A stretch of DNA of 64,000 nt from Escherichia coli (GCA_025544715.1 GCA_025544715.1_4109.1), one strand, 5' to 3'; positions 18,139-30,475 are shown, numbered from the stretch's first letter. A program made the numbers and translations. Notes: generated by a model not told the origin, from the sequence alone.

Positions 18139-21100
18139 ATGACTAATAATTTTAAGTTTCAACCTACACAGATGGCTGAAGCAGTACAGAAGAAGCTTTT
18201 TATTAAAAGATTGCCTGAGTGGATGCAAGGCTTAGAAGATATTCAAAAAGTCAGTGATGATGTTATTCAACAATGGTTTAATCCGGCTGAAAACGAATTA
18301 GTTGACGGCTATATTGGTGATATGGGTTCTCCTGCCGCTGCTGGTAATATCTTCTTACATGAAAGTACTGTAGCACGTCAACTTTATCAGTTGTCCACTG
18401 CTTACGTCTCAAAAAATGATGATTCGACAATTCGTTCAATTCAATTTTATGATGATCTAGTTGGATACATGAATCATTATGGAGCACTAACCGATAATGA
18501 AAGCCGTTTGTTCAACGGTAAGTTTTATGCATGGACTCCAGCTATTAACCCAAATAAAATGAACAATTTTAGCTCATATCTTTGGGACACTAAAAACTCT
18601 TATAATATTACTTCACCTGATTACATTGTAATGGAACGTGGAGCACTTAATGGTAATACATGGTCACTACAAAACTTTTGGTATACTTTAGGTGAAACTT
18701 TAGAAGATGGTTCAATTTTAACTGAAGAATTAATGCAAGATTCTCGCTTTATTCGTGCCCGTGCTCCAATTATCGAATATAATAAAAATATTGAACTAAT
18801 TAACTACGGTACAAAATTCCGTGGAACTGTCGATCTATTCTCAGATATAATCAAACCTGAAGATATCGTACAAAAAGATATTAATAGTGGCATCCGTATT
18901 GATGGTATTATTCCACAAGATGGTATGCGTATTCTATTCACCAGTATTGGTAACAATGGTGAAAATAATAGAATTTATAATGTATATGTCAAAAAAATGC
19001 AGGATGGTACTCGTGTTTATGGTTTGGCATTAGATCCAGAAGAAGAAACCGAATCACGCCCAAGTGGTGAACCTCAAGATGGTGATGTTGTTCTAATCAC
19101 CAAAGGTAATGAGTATGGTAACAGTTCTATGTACTGGAATGGTTCTTTGTGGGTTCGTGCACAATCAAAAACTAGTGTTAACGTATTCCCTAAATTCCAA
19201 CTTTATGATCGTAATGGTATCAAACTTGACAACAGTACTACATATCCATCCAGTAACTTCAACGGTTCACAATTGTTTGGATTTAAAATAAATTACAACT
19301 ATGCAACTGATAGTGTATATGGATATAACATCGAACTTGGTGATTACAATTATTACATGTATGAAAACTTTTTACAATCACAACGTTATACCTATGACCA
19401 TCTTGGAATTGAAGTTGAAATTGATGGTTTATACTATTATAATATTATTGATGAAAATAATGAAATGAATCTCCAAACTGATTGGGTTCGTTCAGAAGAG
19501 TACTCTAAACAATATGTAAAACAAACACCACAAGTACAACGTACTGACATGTATCGTGTGTTCAGCACTGTTTATGATATGGAAGTTTTTAAAGAACCTG
19601 TTGATGGTATGTATGCATATGTTGTTGAAGTTGATAGAACCTATCAGTACTATAAAGCAGACCGCGAAACTTATCTAGACTGGCATCCAATCACTGGTGA
19701 TGGTGTTCAGATTGTAAAATATGACCACACATTCGAATTAGCACAAAAAGTTTTAGATAATGATTCTGACATAATTGAAGTTGTTGTTGATGGTGTTGAT
19801 GTATCAAAATATACCAAAAATGTATCAAAAGGTCAAGTTCAAAGTATCACCTTAGATAGCACTGTAGATTTGGATGAAGATTCAGTTATTCAAATTAGAA
19901 CTTATAGCAGTACTGTAACTCCTAATAAAGAATTAGGTGCATATGAAGTTCCAATTAACTTACAAAATAACCCATACAATTCCAATATTATATACATTAA
20001 CCAAGGAGACTACACTCTACATTTTCAGGATATTATTCAAAAGAACATTACAAGTGGTTCATCTGACGATTTTAATGATTATGAAGAACGTTTAGCGAAA
20101 GGATTGGTTAATAATGGTGTTGGCACTAAAATTATCCAAAATGAAGCATCTATGCTTCCATTGATGGCACATACTGCAAATGAAGACATTGATTTGTTTG
20201 AAGCAACTATGTTTATGCAATCTGAATATTTTAGATTTATTAATAAGTTTAATACTCAAATGCTTCGTATGTATGATGAAAATCCATCAGATTTTTTGCA
20301 AAATAGTGCTGCAAATATTGTTGATTCTATTTTAACTACTATCAATATGGGGCGTGATAGTTCATTCCCATTCTATTATGATAATGTTGGGAGTACTTCT
20401 GGATTTATTCGTGCATTTATACCACCAACACCACAGTTCTTGGGTATTCTACAAGCATATGTTCCAGAAAAAGCGACATTCCTTACTGCTGGTAGTAAAC
20501 CAAGCTGTTATAACATCAGTCATACTGGTATTATTTCGAAAGCATATCGTGTCATCAATGGTGTTGATAAAATGGATGATGTTGTATATGAATTAGAAAA
20601 TAGAATTTTTAATAGTATCGATAATAAATTCAAAGATGTTGATTATGTTCCAGTTTTGAACAGTGATGATCTTTTTCCTACACCATATTTCACAAAAACC
20701 GAATATAGTGCAGAAGAGAAACAAACGCTATTGTTACGTGGTTATATTAACTTTACTGCATCTAATGGTATCAGTAATAGTACACATGATTATGATCCTA
20801 ATAATTGGAGAACTTGGAACTATACCGGAACCTATTATGTAGTTAATGGTCAAAGTACTGAAATTCCTGCTCGTGGTTCATGGCGTGCAATTTATACTGA
20901 CCAATATGGTACATATCGCCCTGCAACACATCCGTGGGAAATGTTTGGCTTTTCACAGCGTCCAACTTGGTGGAACCAAGAATATGAACCAACTGCTGTT
21001 CAAGTTGGTGAGCGTGATAGTGATGTGGTATATGTATATGAAGCACTTGTTATGAATGAACAAGGAGATTTAGTTCCTAGTGGTCTATGGGATATCGACG

Positions 21101-24100
21101 GCACTATCGGAGATAGTAGTACTGGTACTATTTTGTCTGGTGATCGCCGTGGACAGTATGACAAATATAAAAGATTTGGTGTACAGCCATTTAAAATCAC
21201 AAAAACTGGTAATAAAACATCTTCCGGTATTGATATTTGTGTTGTTGAATATATTGCACCTGAAATTTTAGGTTTAGTGTCTGGTTCTTTAAATCATAGA
21301 GCAGAACCTTGGGCATATGGTGACATGGGTGACATGGAATTTACATACATGAACACTACATTGTTTGCATATGACCAAATGCTACTTTTGTATAAAGCTA
21401 AACCTGCACAATTTGCTAACTATTTTTGGGATACCCGAAATGACAATTTAAAAGAAGTATTCACTGATGGTTCACAATTCCTTTATGGTGATACACGTAA
21501 GCGTATTAATTTTGATAAAAACACTGTAGTTCATGGTGAAAATAACACAAGAACAATTGGTTATCAAATGTTTGTTAGTGATTATTTGATGTATCAAAAT
21601 AAAAACATTACAACCAAATATGGGGATGTAGTTCGTTCTTCTTATATAAATGTTGGTCATAAAATTGGTGGTTTTACTAAAGCAGATCAGCTAACATTCA
21701 ATGCTAAATCATTTGGTCTTATTTCACAAGAAAACCAAACTATTGGTCTTGTTCGCTCGAATAATATTCGTGATGAACAAATGAGTGCTATCAAAATTAC
21801 TTGGAATGGTAGTGCATATCAGATTGATGGATATGATTTAGTTGGTGCTAAATTCAAATATAAACTGCCAGTGAAAAATGGTAGAAAAGTAACTCTTAAA
21901 TTAGAAAACCGCAATGTTGTTCATTATAACGAATGGAAATCTGAAGCTTCCATTGAATATGGTAAAGTTTTTAATAGTTACCAAGAAGTTTATACTTTTA
22001 TTTGTGGTTATGGTGAATATCTTAAAGAACATGGCTGGATTTTTGAAGATGTAAATGATAGTGGTGCTCAACAAGATTGGAACACTATTGCTAAAGATTT
22101 TGTGATCTGGAGTCAGAATTCTCTGGTAACGGGTGAATTTATTTCTTGTACACCAAGTGCAGCAAATGCTAAATTTGGTGCAGACTTTGGTTCAGTTCAA
22201 TCTATTACACAAAATAACGGTGGTGTGTGGTCATTACTTGATGATAACAACCAAGGTATACGTCAATATGAAATTGAAACTTCTCGTATTGGTAATATCT
22301 TTACTGTTAGAACTTTAGAATCCAATAAACGTATAGCATTAATTCGTTTAAGTTTGTGTTCATATGAACATGCTGTTATTTTTGATGATAAGACTATTTT
22401 TGGTGATTATATCTATCAGCCAACTTATGGTTCTATTCAAGAATTAATTAAAATGTATGGCTACATTACTGGTTCATGGACTGGTCGTCTACAAGCTCCT
22501 GGATTTATTATCTTGGAAGCTGGAACACTACCATCATTTGAAAAATTAGTGTCGGATTTCCAACATTATTATGATAGTGAAACTCCAGTAAGTGATGTAC
22601 AATTACAAGAGTTGTCAAACCATTTGATTGGTTATCAATCTCGTGATTATCTACAGCGTATGATTAGTAGTGATGTTAGTCGTGTTGATTTCTATAAAGG
22701 ATTCATTCATGATAAAGGTACTAACCAAGTTTTAGAACGTGTACTTCGTGTTTCTAAATCATATGACACTGATGAATATAAAGCATTACAAGAATGGGCA
22801 TTTAAAATTGGTACATATGGTAATATTGATGGTAAGAAAAATCTTCAATTTAAATTGATTAATGACCAATTTAAACAACAACCTCAAATGGTTTCTTTTG
22901 ATGTAAATGCAACTTCAAATGGTAATGGTAATCATATTGTATACTTTGGTGAGCAGGGTAAAGATCCTCGTTGGATTACACGTCCAAATGGTAAGTTCTC
23001 ATTCCCAATGCGTAGTGGAAGAAGTGAAAATATCCAACTTCCAGATATTGGTCCAGTAACATTGGATGAAGTATCGTACACAACAAAAGATTTCAGTACT
23101 GCATATAATGACCGCATAACTTATACTAATGGTAAAGGTGAAAATCCTGAATCTGTGTGGATGTTTAAAGACGGTAATGGCTTGTGGAACATTTTTGAAT
23201 TGGTTGATACTAATGTGCAAATGGTTTCTATAACACCTATTGAAAATACCGATGTGTATGCTGAACAATTTTGTAAAGTAACTTTAACTGATAATGTACC
23301 ACTTGAAGATGGTGATTATTATTATTTTGTTGATGAAACTAACTTTATGCCAGATACTTTAACAGTAGAAAGTCAATATTATACTGCTGGTTCTGATCCT
23401 AAAGTTATGGTAGTTCCATTTGACACTTCTATTGATATTGAATTTACTGATCCAGATACACGCCCACGTTTGTATCGTTATGTATCACGTTTTGTCAGTA
23501 CTGATGAACGTCAAGCTTACATTGACAAGAAATATAGTTTTAAAGCACCACAAAGTACTTTATTTGATCGTCCAACAACATATGACGAACGTACTAACAT
23601 TACTGAGCTATATCTAAACGTTTATGACCCAATTAATGGTGTTATTCCAGGTGCGGCTATGCAAAACGTAACATATACTTCACCAGTTGATCCTGCACAG
23701 TATAATAGTAATGGAGAGTTAATCCAAGCTTGGGGTGCTGATAAAGTTGGTCAAGTATGGTGGAACACTAGCACTGCATTTTATTTGGATTATACTCGTG
23801 CAATTTATGACGCAGACGGTAATGTTGACATTGATGCAACAAATGAATACAAACGTTACAACTGGGGTCGTTTATTACCACATAGTACAATTGATGTGTT
23901 AGAGTGGGTTTGTTCACCAGTTGAGCCATATAACTGGGACAAATACTGTAAAGATGTTGCTAAGAAAAACAAAAATAATACTATGTATCTACCAAGTGGA
24001 ACTGCACTTGAAGATAATTATAGTACATTTTTGGAATATGATAGTTCAACTGATAGTTATGTGACAAAATACTATTTCTGGGTACGTGATACAATTTATG

Positions 24101-27100
24101 TACCACCACTACATACCAGAACAAAATCATGTACTGACATTGCTCGTATTATTAAAGATCCAACACAGCTAAACATTCCTTGGTTCGCTCCAATCAATGA
24201 AAACTCGTTTATTCTTAGTAATATGCAATTTAAAGTTAATGATGATACCAGTATTTTAACTGTTTCTTATTACATGGATAGTACTGAAGTTGTTAAACAT
24301 GACCAGTATCAACTATGTAAAGAAGGTGACAGCTATAACTTTAACCCACTAATTTGGGATTCAATGTGGAACTCACTAATTGGTCAAGAAACAACTGAAT
24401 CAGGTTCTGTGATTAATTTATTATATCCAGATGTTGATAACGGTTTAGGATCAAACAAAACTTGGTTCCAAAATGTTATAGAAGCTCGTAGAAACTTTGT
24501 AGAAAGTGCTAATAATTATTATAGGTCACAAAACATAACCACTAATAGTGTTGTTATGGAAGATGTGTTTAATGTTAAAACCACTGAAGTTAACCCGAAT
24601 GAAGTTTCTTTCCGTGTATTGTCTTACAATAATGAATTAGTTATTGCAGTTGAAAGTGATAAATTTAAAGAAAATGACGCTGTTATTTTAAGTACTAGTG
24701 GATATCTACCAAATCCATTAACTTCTAGTGCTGTTTATTTTATTCACTTCGACGAAAATGGATATATTCAGTTAATGAATAGTCCAGCAAACGCGGGTAG
24801 TGTTGTTACTATAACGTTAGAGAACAAAGGTGAGGGTCAACATAAAATGATTAAACAATCTGATTATGTTGAATCACTAGGAACTTCATTGGACATGACT
24901 CAGTACTGGTCATATGCTGATTGGTATGATGTTGGGTATGATAGTAACACGACTTATACTCAAGAGTCAAGCTTAGAAGATGCTAATACTAAAAACTACC
25001 AAGTTGGTGATATTATCAGAGTTACCGATAGTGAAAACATTTGGACATTGTATATTAAATCACAATCACGCGATTCAATTTATTGGAAAGCGATTGGTCG
25101 TGAAAACAGTACAGTTGAACTCAATGATATGCTTTACGCAGATTATAGTGTTCATAATGATAATGGTTCACTAAGCAATCGTGAAATCAACGTTCGTAAA
25201 GCACTCGCTTTACTCAAAAATTCTTTCGATTTACATCAAAGCGAAATTGTTTTTGATATGGTCAAATATGTACATGTTGAACAAAGTGTTGTGGATTGGG
25301 TATTTAAAACATCATATATCTATATTGTTGGTTTGGAACAATCATTAGTTCAAAACTATTCAAACGATAATTTGATTAATCAAATTGTTGAATATTTTGA
25401 AGAAGTTAAACCTTATAGAACTAAAATTCGTTCACAAATAGAGCAAAAGACATCTGATGATGATTTAATAAAAGGTCTGTGTAATGATTTAGATCCTAAT
25501 GGATATATTTTCGTTGACGGTTCTTGGGTCAAAACTGAAAAAGATATTTGGGATTATGAGTACGCTCAATTTAATGAAATTACCCAAAAATGGGAACAGG
25601 TAGGTTCACTACCAAGCGATTTCATTACACCAAATAGAAGATTCCAAGAAATTGATATTATTATGCATTACGATAACATTCAATGTAAACCAAATGCAGA
25701 TTTGGCAAGCATAAATGAATTAGTAAGTGTTAATAACAAATATCAATCCAATGAAAAGGATGCTGTTAGTAACTATGAATTACAACGTTATATATATTCT
25801 TTCCCAGAATATAGTGAAGAAACTTTCGATCTTCTTATTGCTTATCAAATGCAAATCTACTATCCAGAATTGGATGTAACACTAGGAACAGCATATGGCG
25901 TTAACCAGTGGTATAAAGACCATGCGGAAGATTTAGAAGCAACTGATGAATTTACTGCTACATTGGAGCGTGTTTATAAAGAATCAACGCAGAACGATAT
26001 GTTTACTGACCTTAGACAATATGTTCAGTATAACACATTGGCAAACCGTTTGAAACTTTATAAAGATATAAGTGATGAGAAAATTCACGATGAAGTTGGT
26101 TGTGGATTTAGTGGACTTACTTATAATGACAATCCTAGTACTAGACTTCCATTAGGCTTTTCTTCTAGTAATGATTATAACTATGGATATTTTGAAATAA
26201 GCAGTGAACTGTATCAAAAATATATTTCATTAATTAAAGATAAAAATCCTGACGCATCAGACTATGAAGTAAAAGTTAAACTTGAAGTTGAGTATGGTGT
26301 ATATGTTTATCGTTATGATGAAGTCGGTGGTGATACCCGTTTCTATACTGATGCTATTCACGTATTAGCAGGTATGAGAGGGTTATTCGACAAAGACGCT
26401 ACTGATAAGTACGAAAAAGCTGAAGAGATTCTTAGTAAAACCCCAATTGATATCTATGCAATTACAATGATTCCAAGAAAATATGTTTACTTAAATGTTA
26501 ACGGTGTATATCAAAGTATACCTGATGAACAAAGTATTGATGATTTCATGGAAGATTATTTTATCACAAATGGTGAAATGATTGAACTAGCTGAAATAAA
26601 TCTAGATGATTTACCACTAGATCAAAATAACCCAATGTATTCAGATTATCAATATATACTTGATAGTATTACTGAAGCTAAGTACTTCAATGATATGAAT
26701 GCATTTGATAACCTAGCATTAGAATCTCAAACTTCTTCAATAAAATGGGAAGTTAAAGATGATGAAGTTGATCCTTATATTGTGGATATATCTGATATAA
26801 ACCCTTCTGGGCGTGATGTTGGTCAAATTAGATTTACAGTTGATGGATATGGGTTTGACAATGTATCTCTTGTACAACTACGTGATAACAGCAGATATCA
26901 AACTGAAGGTATGGCAATTATCAATCCATATAAACATACAGAAGCAATTGTTAGTATTCCTTCATATGCTAAGATTGAAAATGATATTAATAAAACAACA
27001 TCGAAGTTTGATGAAAAATATTTCTATCGTGTGAGATCTATTAATAGCTTAACTGAAGCAGAAATAGTTGACAATGACCTATCTGATGGTGATAAGGTGA

Positions 27101-28110
27101 TGATTTTCACTCCTGATGGTGAAGATTTTGTGAGATATCAAAATCACACATGGGAAACAATCTTGCGTGTATCTAATATCAAAAACAATACAACTCCGAT
27201 CCTATTCACTGTAAGAAATACAGGTAAAGAAACGATTGAATTGATTGATGAGAGTACTGGTGCAGTTCTCCGTTATGATAATATCACTCTTGCACAACAA
27301 AATGAGCCAGTACAGCCTCTTGCATTGAACATTGTTCGTGTTAGAACATTTGCTGACCCAGAATTTGTGAAGAATGGTATCAAATTGTACGAACAAAATA
27401 GAAATTACACAATTGATGTAATTAATTATGATGTTTTCTACGATACTACTTTAAATGGTGGTAAGTACAATGACGGAATAACACCAGATGACGTTGACGT
27501 TTGGGTAATCTCTAACGAAATATTTGATGTTGATGGAATTACTATCGACAACGGTTATAACCTACCAATTACTGGTGCGGGAGTTCTTAGTGAATTAGCA
27601 AGAACTAAAATGACTGATAGTTTAGAAATCAACGTTATTGAATATGATTCAAGTGTTATTCAACCGTTTAGAAATAATGAAGGTATATGGGTTTATGGAT
27701 ATCCAATGGTTGACGGTATGTACATCGGTGTTGTTGGTGGTACGGTTACTAACATCACAACCATTAGTGAAGAAAATACAACCTATGTTTCTCAACCTAA
27801 ATCAATAAGTCCTTATAGTATTAGAAATAATGTTTTATCCGGTTCAGCCGCGAACATGAATGATATTATATCGATTGGATATGAAAAAGTTGAAGTTAGA
27901 AATGCAAATAATTTACTTCGTGGAGTAATGTATAGTGCAGAACATGATTTTAAACTTAATACTACATATTCATTCAATGGAATTAATTTAGGTAATTATG
28001 ATATGTTAAAACGTTACACACAAAATAGTTACACTATAGATCTTTCAGTATACACTGATAGTCTACAAGTTAGTGGTAATGATATTAAAAATATATTATT
28101 AGTTAAGTAA
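18139..28110 (+). CDS. Giant virion protein (about 3320 aa), presumably baseplate or fibre-associated
   Basis: Uninterrupted 10 kb ORF in the baseplate operon. Start moved to ATG 18139 (GGAG RBS; CATAAATA box overlaps track start 18109). Non-repetitive; no catalytic motif recognised by eye. Confidence 0.85.
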   Translation: MTNNFKFQPTQMAEAVQKKLFIKRLPEWMQGLEDIQKVSDDVIQQWFNPAENELVDGYIGDMGSPAAAGNIFLHESTVARQLYQLSTAYVSKNDDSTIRSIQFYDDLVGYMNHYGALTDNESRLFNGKFYAWTPAINPNKMNNFSSYLWDTKNSYNITSPDYIVMERGALNGNTWSLQNFWYTLGETLEDGSILTEELMQDSRFIRARAPIIEYNKNIELINYGTKFRGTVDLFSDIIKPEDIVQKDINSGIRIDGIIPQDGMRILFTSIGNNGENNRIYNVYVKKMQDGTRVYGLALDPEEETESRPSGEPQDGDVVLITKGNEYGNSSMYWNGSLWVRAQSKTSVNVFPKFQLYDRNGIKLDNSTTYPSSNFNGSQLFGFKINYNYATDSVYGYNIELGDYNYYMYENFLQSQRYTYDHLGIEVEIDGLYYYNIIDENNEMNLQTDWVRSEEYSKQYVKQTPQVQRTDMYRVFSTVYDMEVFKEPVDGMYAYVVEVDRTYQYYKADRETYLDWHPITGDGVQIVKYDHTFELAQKVLDNDSDIIEVVVDGVDVSKYTKNVSKGQVQSITLDSTVDLDEDSVIQIRTYSSTVTPNKELGAYEVPINLQNNPYNSNIIYINQGDYTLHFQDIIQKNITSGSSDDFNDYEERLAKGLVNNGVGTKIIQNEASMLPLMAHTANEDIDLFEATMFMQSEYFRFINKFNTQMLRMYDENPSDFLQNSAANIVDSILTTINMGRDSSFPFYYDNVGSTSGFIRAFIPPTPQFLGILQAYVPEKATFLTAGSKPSCYNISHTGIISKAYRVINGVDKMDDVVYELENRIFNSIDNKFKDVDYVPVLNSDDLFPTPYFTKTEYSAEEKQTLLLRGYINFTASNGISNSTHDYDPNNWRTWNYTGTYYVVNGQSTEIPARGSWRAIYTDQYGTYRPATHPWEMFGFSQRPTWWNQEYEPTAVQVGERDSDVVYVYEALVMNEQGDLVPSGLWDIDGTIGDSSTGTILSGDRRGQYDKYKRFGVQPFKITKTGNKTSSGIDICVVEYIAPEILGLVSGSLNHRAEPWAYGDMGDMEFTYMNTTLFAYDQMLLLYKAKPAQFANYFWDTRNDNLKEVFTDGSQFLYGDTRKRINFDKNTVVHGENNTRTIGYQMFVSDYLMYQNKNITTKYGDVVRSSYINVGHKIGGFTKADQLTFNAKSFGLISQENQTIGLVRSNNIRDEQMSAIKITWNGSAYQIDGYDLVGAKFKYKLPVKNGRKVTLKLENRNVVHYNEWKSEASIEYGKVFNSYQEVYTFICGYGEYLKEHGWIFEDVNDSGAQQDWNTIAKDFVIWSQNSLVTGEFISCTPSAANAKFGADFGSVQSITQNNGGVWSLLDDNNQGIRQYEIETSRIGNIFTVRTLESNKRIALIRLSLCSYEHAVIFDDKTIFGDYIYQPTYGSIQELIKMYGYITGSWTGRLQAPGFIILEAGTLPSFEKLVSDFQHYYDSETPVSDVQLQELSNHLIGYQSRDYLQRMISSDVSRVDFYKGFIHDKGTNQVLERVLRVSKSYDTDEYKALQEWAFKIGTYGNIDGKKNLQFKLINDQFKQQPQMVSFDVNATSNGNGNHIVYFGEQGKDPRWITRPNGKFSFPMRSGRSENIQLPDIGPVTLDEVSYTTKDFSTAYNDRITYTNGKGENPESVWMFKDGNGLWNIFELVDTNVQMVSITPIENTDVYAEQFCKVTLTDNVPLEDGDYYYFVDETNFMPDTLTVESQYYTAGSDPKVMVVPFDTSIDIEFTDPDTRPRLYRYVSRFVSTDERQAYIDKKYSFKAPQSTLFDRPTTYDERTNITELYLNVYDPINGVIPGAAMQNVTYTSPVDPAQYNSNGELIQAWGADKVGQVWWNTSTAFYLDYTRAIYDADGNVDIDATNEYKRYNWGRLLPHSTIDVLEWVCSPVEPYNWDKYCKDVAKKNKNNTMYLPSGTALEDNYSTFLEYDSSTDSYVTKYYFWVRDTIYVPPLHTRTKSCTDIARIIKDPTQLNIPWFAPINENSFILSNMQFKVNDDTSILTVSYYMDSTEVVKHDQYQLCKEGDSYNFNPLIWDSMWNSLIGQETTESGSVINLLYPDVDNGLGSNKTWFQNVIEARRNFVESANNYYRSQNITTNSVVMEDVFNVKTTEVNPNEVSFRVLSYNNELVIAVESDKFKENDAVILSTSGYLPNPLTSSAVYFIHFDENGYIQLMNSPANAGSVVTITLENKGEGQHKMIKQSDYVESLGTSLDMTQYWSYADWYDVGYDSNTTYTQESSLEDANTKNYQVGDIIRVTDSENIWTLYIKSQSRDSIYWKAIGRENSTVELNDMLYADYSVHNDNGSLSNREINVRKALALLKNSFDLHQSEIVFDMVKYVHVEQSVVDWVFKTSYIYIVGLEQSLVQNYSNDNLINQIVEYFEEVKPYRTKIRSQIEQKTSDDDLIKGLCNDLDPNGYIFVDGSWVKTEKDIWDYEYAQFNEITQKWEQVGSLPSDFITPNRRFQEIDIIMHYDNIQCKPNADLASINELVSVNNKYQSNEKDAVSNYELQRYIYSFPEYSEETFDLLIAYQMQIYYPELDVTLGTAYGVNQWYKDHAEDLEATDEFTATLERVYKESTQNDMFTDLRQYVQYNTLANRLKLYKDISDEKIHDEVGCGFSGLTYNDNPSTRLPLGFSSSNDYNYGYFEISSELYQKYISLIKDKNPDASDYEVKVKLEVEYGVYVYRYDEVGGDTRFYTDAIHVLAGMRGLFDKDATDKYEKAEEILSKTPIDIYAITMIPRKYVYLNVNGVYQSIPDEQSIDDFMEDYFITNGEMIELAEINLDDLPLDQNNPMYSDYQYILDSITEAKYFNDMNAFDNLALESQTSSIKWEVKDDEVDPYIVDISDINPSGRDVGQIRFTVDGYGFDNVSLVQLRDNSRYQTEGMAIINPYKHTEAIVSIPSYAKIENDINKTTSKFDEKYFYRVRSINSLTEAEIVDNDLSDGDKVMIFTPDGEDFVRYQNHTWETILRVSNIKNNTTPILFTVRNTGKETIELIDESTGAVLRYDNITLAQQNEPVQPLALNIVRVRTFADPEFVKNGIKLYEQNRNYTIDVINYDVFYDTTLNGGKYNDGITPDDVDVWVISNEIFDVDGITIDNGYNLPITGAGVLSELARTKMTDSLEINVIEYDSSVIQPFRNNEGIWVYGYPMVDGMYIGVVGGTVTNITTISEENTTYVSQPKSISPYSIRNNVLSGSAANMNDIISIGYEKVEVRNANNLLRGVMYSAEHDFKLNTTYSFNGINLGNYDMLKRYTQNSYTIDLSVYTDSLQVSGNDIKNILLVK

Positions 28111-28112
28111 TA

Positions 28113-28146
28113 AAAAAGGAGAGCATATTGCTCTCCTTTTCTTTTT
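28113..28146. terminator. Bidirectional rho-independent terminator
   Basis: A-run, GGAGAGC-atatt-GCTCTCC, T-run; between convergent stops of the giant gene and clpA. Confidence 0.7.
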
Positions 28147-30435
28147 TTATGCCAGTGCTTTATCTACAGCTTTGGAACGTTTCGGTTTAATACCGATTTT
28201 ACCATCAATAACATCAAATGTAATGTTACCACCATTCACAAGTGAACCACACAACATTTCTTTAGCTAGTGGTACACGAATGTTTTGTTCAATGGTACGT
28301 TTCATTGGACGTGCACCCATGCCAACTTTTACCCCATTTTTCGCAAGCCATTCACGTGCAGCTTTTGTCAATGTAACTTTAACATTGCGGTCTTTGACTT
28401 GTTCATTCAAACTGCCCATGAACTTATCAATGATGCTGTCAATAGCTTCACTGCTTAGGTCTTTAAACGTAACGATACTATCAATACGGTTAATGAACTC
28501 TGGTGGCAAGAATGCTTTAATTGCCTTGTCTTGTGCAGTATCACTACCGCTCATACCAATGCTACGCTTCGTTGAATCTGCCGCACCAAGGTTTGTAGTC
28601 ATAATAACAGTTACGTTATTAAAATATACAGTTTTACCTTGTGAACCAGTCAGGCGACCTTCATCCAAAACCTGTAGGAAGGTTAGTAGTACTTTACGAT
28701 CTGCTTTTTCAATTTCATCAAGTAACAGTACTGCATTAGGGAACTGCTCAATTTTATCCAACAGTAAACCGTTACCAGAATCATGACCAACATAACCTGG
28801 AGGTGAACCAATTAGTTTAGAAACAGTATGTTCTTGAGAAAATTCTGACATATCAAAGCGAATCAGTTCCGCACCAGTTGCATCTGCTAATGCTTTGGTA
28901 ATTTCTGTTTTACCAGTACCAGATGGTCCAACAAACATAAATGCACCCTGAACACTAGATTTGTCACGCAGTCCTGCACGAGCTACCATCACGTTATCAA
29001 CTAATTTTTGAATAGCTTCCTCTTGACCGTATACACGTGAGCGTAGTGCATCTGGTAGATTACGCATACGATCACTTTCAGTACATGCAACCACGTTGAT
29101 ATCCAAATTGGCAATGCCAGCAACAACTTCTTGAATCAAATTGGCAGTAATAAGCTTACTATTGTTGTCACGTGAACGAACTTTAGCAGCAGCAGCGTCC
29201 ATTAGATCAATCGCTTTATCTGGGAAGTGCTTATTCTTCAGGAATTTATCACTGAGAGAAATTACAGCATCCATTGCATCAGTTGTGAACTCAACATTAT
29301 GGAATTTTTCATAAGTTGGTTTCAAACCATTAACAATTGCACGAGTTTCATCAATTGTCGGCTCAACTACATCAATTTTCATAAAACGACGAGTTAATGC
29401 ACTATCTTTCTCGATATTTTTACGATATTCATCATATGTTGTTGCACCAATTACACGAATCTCACCACGTGAAAGTGCTGGCTTAAGCATATTGCTCATG
29501 TCCATAGAACCATTACTTGCGGAACCAGCCCCAACCATAATATGAATTTCATCAATGAAAACAATAGTATTTTCACGTTTCTTTAGTTCTTTTAGCAAAT
29601 TGTCGATACGTTCTTCAAACTCACCACGATACTTAGTACCAGCAGTCAATGCACCAACATTTAGTGAAAGAATTTCAACGTCTTTCAGGTGTTCAGGTAC
29701 GTTGCCGTCAGCAATAGCTTGTGCAAGACCGTCGATGATTTGTGTTTTACCTACACCAGCTTCACCAGTGAGAATAGCATTCTTTTTGGTCTTGCGAGCA
29801 AGAGTCTCAATCAATGCAGACAATTCTTTCTGGCGACCAATCATAGGATCTAGTTTGCCTTCTTTTGCAAGAGCAGTTAGATTCGTTGTATAGTCTTCCA
29901 AACCTTTTTGTTTAGATGATTGCTGCTGTTGGGCCACTTTTTTATCTCCAATCGGTTCGTCATTAATGCTTTGTAAGTTGATACCCTTATCAAGTGACTC
30001 AACGTGTTTTTGTAATGCACGTGCAGCTTCAGTACAGCTAACACCTTCTTCTTTTAACGCAGCTTCTAGTGCTGTGTTAGGGAAAGACAGACATTCGAAT
30101 AGAACAAAATATGCATCAATCGAAAAATCATCACTTTTTAGTTGTTCAATAACTGATTTTTTAGAAAGCTCATGTACAACGCGATTCACTAGAAGTGAAG
30201 TACGATTCGCGTCTTCATCTTTAACACTTTTTGGTGCATGTGGAACTGTTGTATTTTTAAGATAGTTCATCAGGCGGTTGTGCAGTTTGTCTGCATCAAT
30301 GTTCATATCTTCAAATACGTTCTTGATGCTATCAATAGTCAGTACTGTGGCACTTACGTGGTCAATAGTCAAGAATGTATGACCTAGAGATGTTGCCAGT
30401 TCGTCGCTTTTTTTGAACAATTGAGTAAGATTCAT
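28147..30435 (-). CDS. clpA: ClpA-type AAA+ unfoldase (Clp protease ATP-binding subunit)
   Basis: Clp N-domain; AAA-1 Walker A GEAGVGKT and Walker B IVFIDEIH; AAA-2 Walker A GPSGTGKT and Walker [10 protein letters not shown]; SIGMSGSD aligns to the ClpA IGL loop; [11 protein letters not shown] sensor; no ClpB-type middle domain. Start placed at ATG with AGGAG RBS (track start 30456 is an upstream GTG). Confidence 0.9.
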   Translation of the reverse strand: MNLTQLFKKSDELATSLGHTFLTIDHVSATVLTIDSIKNVFEDMNIDADKLHNRLMNYLKNTTVPHAPKSVKDEDANRTSLLVNRVVHELSKKSVIEQLKSDDFSIDAYFVLFECLSFPNTALEAALKEEGVSCTEAARALQKHVESLDKGINLQSINDEPIGDKKVAQQQQSSKQKGLEDYTTNLTALAKEGKLDPMIGRQKELSALIETLARKTKKNAILTGEAGVGKTQIIDGLAQAIADGNVPEHLKDVEILSLNVGALTAGTKYRGEFEERIDNLLKELKKRENTIVFIDEIHIMVGAGSASNGSMDMSNMLKPALSRGEIRVIGATTYDEYRKNIEKDSALTRRFMKIDVVEPTIDETRAIVNGLKPTYEKFHNVEFTTDAMDAVISLSDKFLKNKHFPDKAIDLMDAAAAKVRSRDNNSKLITANLIQEVVAGIANLDINVVACTESDRMRNLPDALRSRVYGQEEAIQKLVDNVMVARAGLRDKSSVQGAFMFVGPSGTGKTEITKALADATGAELIRFDMSEFSQEHTVSKLIGSPPGYVGHDSGNGLLLDKIEQFPNAVLLLDEIEKADRKVLLTFLQVLDEGRLTGSQGKTVYFNNVTVIMTTNLGAADSTKRSIGMSGSDTAQDKAIKAFLPPEFINRIDSIVTFKDLSSEAIDSIIDKFMGSLNEQVKDRNVKVTLTKAAREWLAKNGVKVGMGARPMKRTIEQNIRVPLAKEMLCGSLVNGGNITFDVIDGKIGIKPKRSKAVDKALA

Positions 30436-30475
30436 GTATTCTCCTATGTGATTCACGTCACTCTAATTAATAAAC

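Noticed and set aside
28172-30265. Plus-strand track ORFs 28172..28786, 29555..29893 and 29966..30265
   Set aside because: Antisense to the ClpA gene, whose conserved motifs run the full length; shadow ORFs.
30436-30456. Track start 30456 (GTG) for clpA
   Set aside because: An in-frame ATG at 30435 has an AGGAG RBS at ideal spacing and gives an N-terminus matching ClpA.
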